A stretch of 35,157 bases of DNA from Phoronis australis (Eukaryota; Animalia; Phoronida). Within the stretch, counting starts at the first letter, position 1. Every line of letters begins with the position of its first letter. A program made the position numbers and the translations under genes. The notes under the pieces were generated by a model, which ran no database searches, was not told where the DNA came from, and worked only from the letters and a program-made list of their open reading frames with translations. The stretch lies in assembly GCA_002633005.1 (NCBI GenBank), contig NMRA01000123.1:545785-580941 (forward strand), in the 5' to 3' direction. Positions 32,951 to 35,157 of the stretch are shown here, in pieces.

Positions 32951-34856
32951 TTAACTGTCCAAGTCTTTAGTAGAAATTTATCGGTGATCTCTTTGTTCAT
33001 TTTGCTTTCACCAGAGGAGACTTCATGGATTTGTGGAGAATTATTGGACATATTTATGTGTTCAATGTGACATATGTCTGAATGGTATCCGAGGTAATAT
33101 TTATGGCAAAAGCAAACGGTGAACTACGAGCTGTCTGCCTCAACTGAACGATTGCTGGACTGGGAAGGCGTGAAAACAGGACAATGATAGCAGACTCTCC
33201 GTTTGGCGCTCTCTGGAGTAAAGCGACTTCCGCTTGATCCTGACTGACAATTAGTTGACAGAAGTTCAATTACTACAACTACAACTACATGAATAGATCC
33301 CAATGTGTGTCCCTCCTATTGTTTGACTAGGTTAAGTTCAATAGTTTATTTTAGTTTTTGACATATGCTAAGACAGAATTCTTCCTCTTTATAGGTCACT
33401 GGCTTTGGTGGGAATTCTTCGCAGCGGGAAATGAATAGAGCATGATGCCTTTGTTCATCCATTGATGTTTAAAGAGATTTGCCTTTTTCCCTAAAGTGTA
33501 ACTACACCCCACCGAACAGCAGCGGAAATTTACCAGTATTATAATAGCATGCAAGGTGTTAAACGCCGTTAACACCAGTAACTTGAAACCTCCCGTCCGC
33601 ATTACCTGGGATGCAGGTGGCACTGAACGTCTCCTCACCAAAGACTTAATCGCCGTCTGGCGGGTTCATGAATTTCAATAGGGCGCCGCTATTTCGAAAA
33701 TCAGCCACTGAATGACCTAGCCGCTCATTTCATTTAACACTTCTCGCCTTGATGTGAGATGTCAGCTCAGTTTCCGTTTACTTGAGGCAGGCAGTCCGCT
33801 CCTGCGGTGACTCTTACTGCATAAGCTGTTCAGGGTTGTAAACTTAGTCTGTTTAATATACGTTTGGTAGCAACACCAAATGTCAGAGACATCTTTGTCT
33901 CAAACAAGTGCAAGCATTAGGATTGACATACTTGTAGTGTTTATATGGGTTAGACTGTATCAGTTTAGACTCGCTGGAGCTTCTGTACTGTCTCCAAATG
34001 TATGATGGAATAGCACGTCCTCTACAGGGCAATCCGGTATCCCACCTTTCTAACACATTTGAAAAAAATACGTGGATTACTCTGATGTTCTAAATCTGTA
34101 CGTTGAGCCCTAAGTGTTCACCATTTTCATTTGGTTTTGAAACATTTAGAACTGAAACTAAATAAAAAATTACGAGTTTTCACAACATTTATGGAGATCA
34201 CGTTTATTTTTAATAGACAAAATAAACAAAAGTCGGCTTTTTTACGATACCGACAGGTGAATATTCCCTTTAAGAGTGACACGTGACCTATATTACCCAG
34301 AATTCAACGGAAATACATAATGTTGAGTTCTGCTTCTAGCTTGGATTCTCAGATAAACAAATTATTTTACCAAGAACTCAGTATAATAGTACATTCTACT
34401 GATGACTTTACATGTATGTAATACATATGCAGAAATCTGCAGAGGTCGCGGTCGATTGACTGGTGGGATTGCTTTATGGTGTTTTTGATACGAAATTGGT
34501 GATTTTAAGCTCTTTAAGCAAAGGTATGCTTTCAAATAAAATGCATCGTCTACTTAGGAAATTCCTAGTGAAATTTGCCCAGAGTAATGAATATCTTATG
34601 CATCCCCGTAATAGATGCGGGGAGTGCAAATCGACAAGATCAAGTTGATGACAACAAACTCTATATCGGATCTGCTTGCAGTGAACGCACGATGAAAAGA
34701 GACACATATATGTTGGCTACAGAAAAAAAACCTATTTTACAGAAGTAAGCTGTTTCTGTGCAATGTGTCTCCTGCACAGACCCTCTAGATTGGTCCGTGA
34801 CGTCAGATTGTGAGGCCCGGGAACCAGCTTACCGCGCAATTGAGGTAAAGACAATG

Positions 34857-35157
34857 ATTACTCTGCGCGTGTAAGCGCAGAGTACTGTTGTTCCTGGGTT
34901 TTCTTCAATTTTATTACTCTGCGCGTGTAAGCGCAGAGTACTGTTGTTCCTGGGTTTTCTTCAATTTTATTCTTATTACTCTGCGCGTGTAAGCGCAGAG
35001 TACTGTTGTTCCTGGGTTTTCTACAATTTTATTCTCATTCTTATTCTTATTCTTCTTCTTATTCTTCTTCCGACCAACTTAGAGGCTTAATAACTCCAAA
35101 TTGGGTGCAGGTACGGTCTTTAAATTCAGCATATGAATTTTGACAGTATATAAATTT
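34857..35157 (+). mobile_element. Helentron/HINE (DINE-1-like) element end with a triplicated hairpin unit and a (TTATTC/TTC)n microsatellite
   Basis: Three tandem 56-62-bp units, each holding the hairpin TACTCTGCGC-GTGTAA-GCGCAGAGTA, followed by a microsatellite. This layout resembles HINE elements; it runs off the window end. Confidence 0.55.

Noticed and set aside
33015-33440. Plus-strand exon-like pair (33015-33092 and from ~33394)
   Set aside because: Short, no recognisable product, and no start exon identified.
34255-34273. Kolobok-like end (ATATTCCCCTTTAA)
   Set aside because: No matching partner TIR found in the window.
34857-35035. CRISPR-like palindromic repeats
   Set aside because: The sequences between hairpins are essentially identical, there are no cas genes and the context is eukaryotic.

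Overview
Eukaryotic (animal, probably marine invertebrate; inferred from GT-AG introns, TACATGTA-rich introns and the transposon types) genomic window with one assembly gap (8227-8784). The main content is a 9-exon minus-strand gene (CDS about 30018 to 12196, about 2619 aa) reconstructed by hand; every intron is GT-AG and every phase matches. A single 6.8-kb exon encodes a ~2230-aa low-complexity, likely disordered region with a 62-aa tandem array, ending in RRKK plus one transmembrane helix. It splices in frame to eight small exons encoding a complete aldose 1-epimerase (galactose mutarotase, GALM)-fold domain. That domain has lost both catalytic residues and most sugar-binding residues, and carries three N-glycosylation sequons and a Cys pair. 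The predicted product is a giant type II membrane protein with a luminal/extracellular pseudo-mutarotase domain. The rest is intergenic or intronic DNA rich in DNA transposons: PIF/Harbinger elements and MITEs (one with a Myb/SANT-like gene), two CAG-ended MITEs with 5-bp TSDs, a Kolobok-like element with a THAP remnant, a Helentron/HINE-like end, foldback elements and a 22-bp minisatellite.
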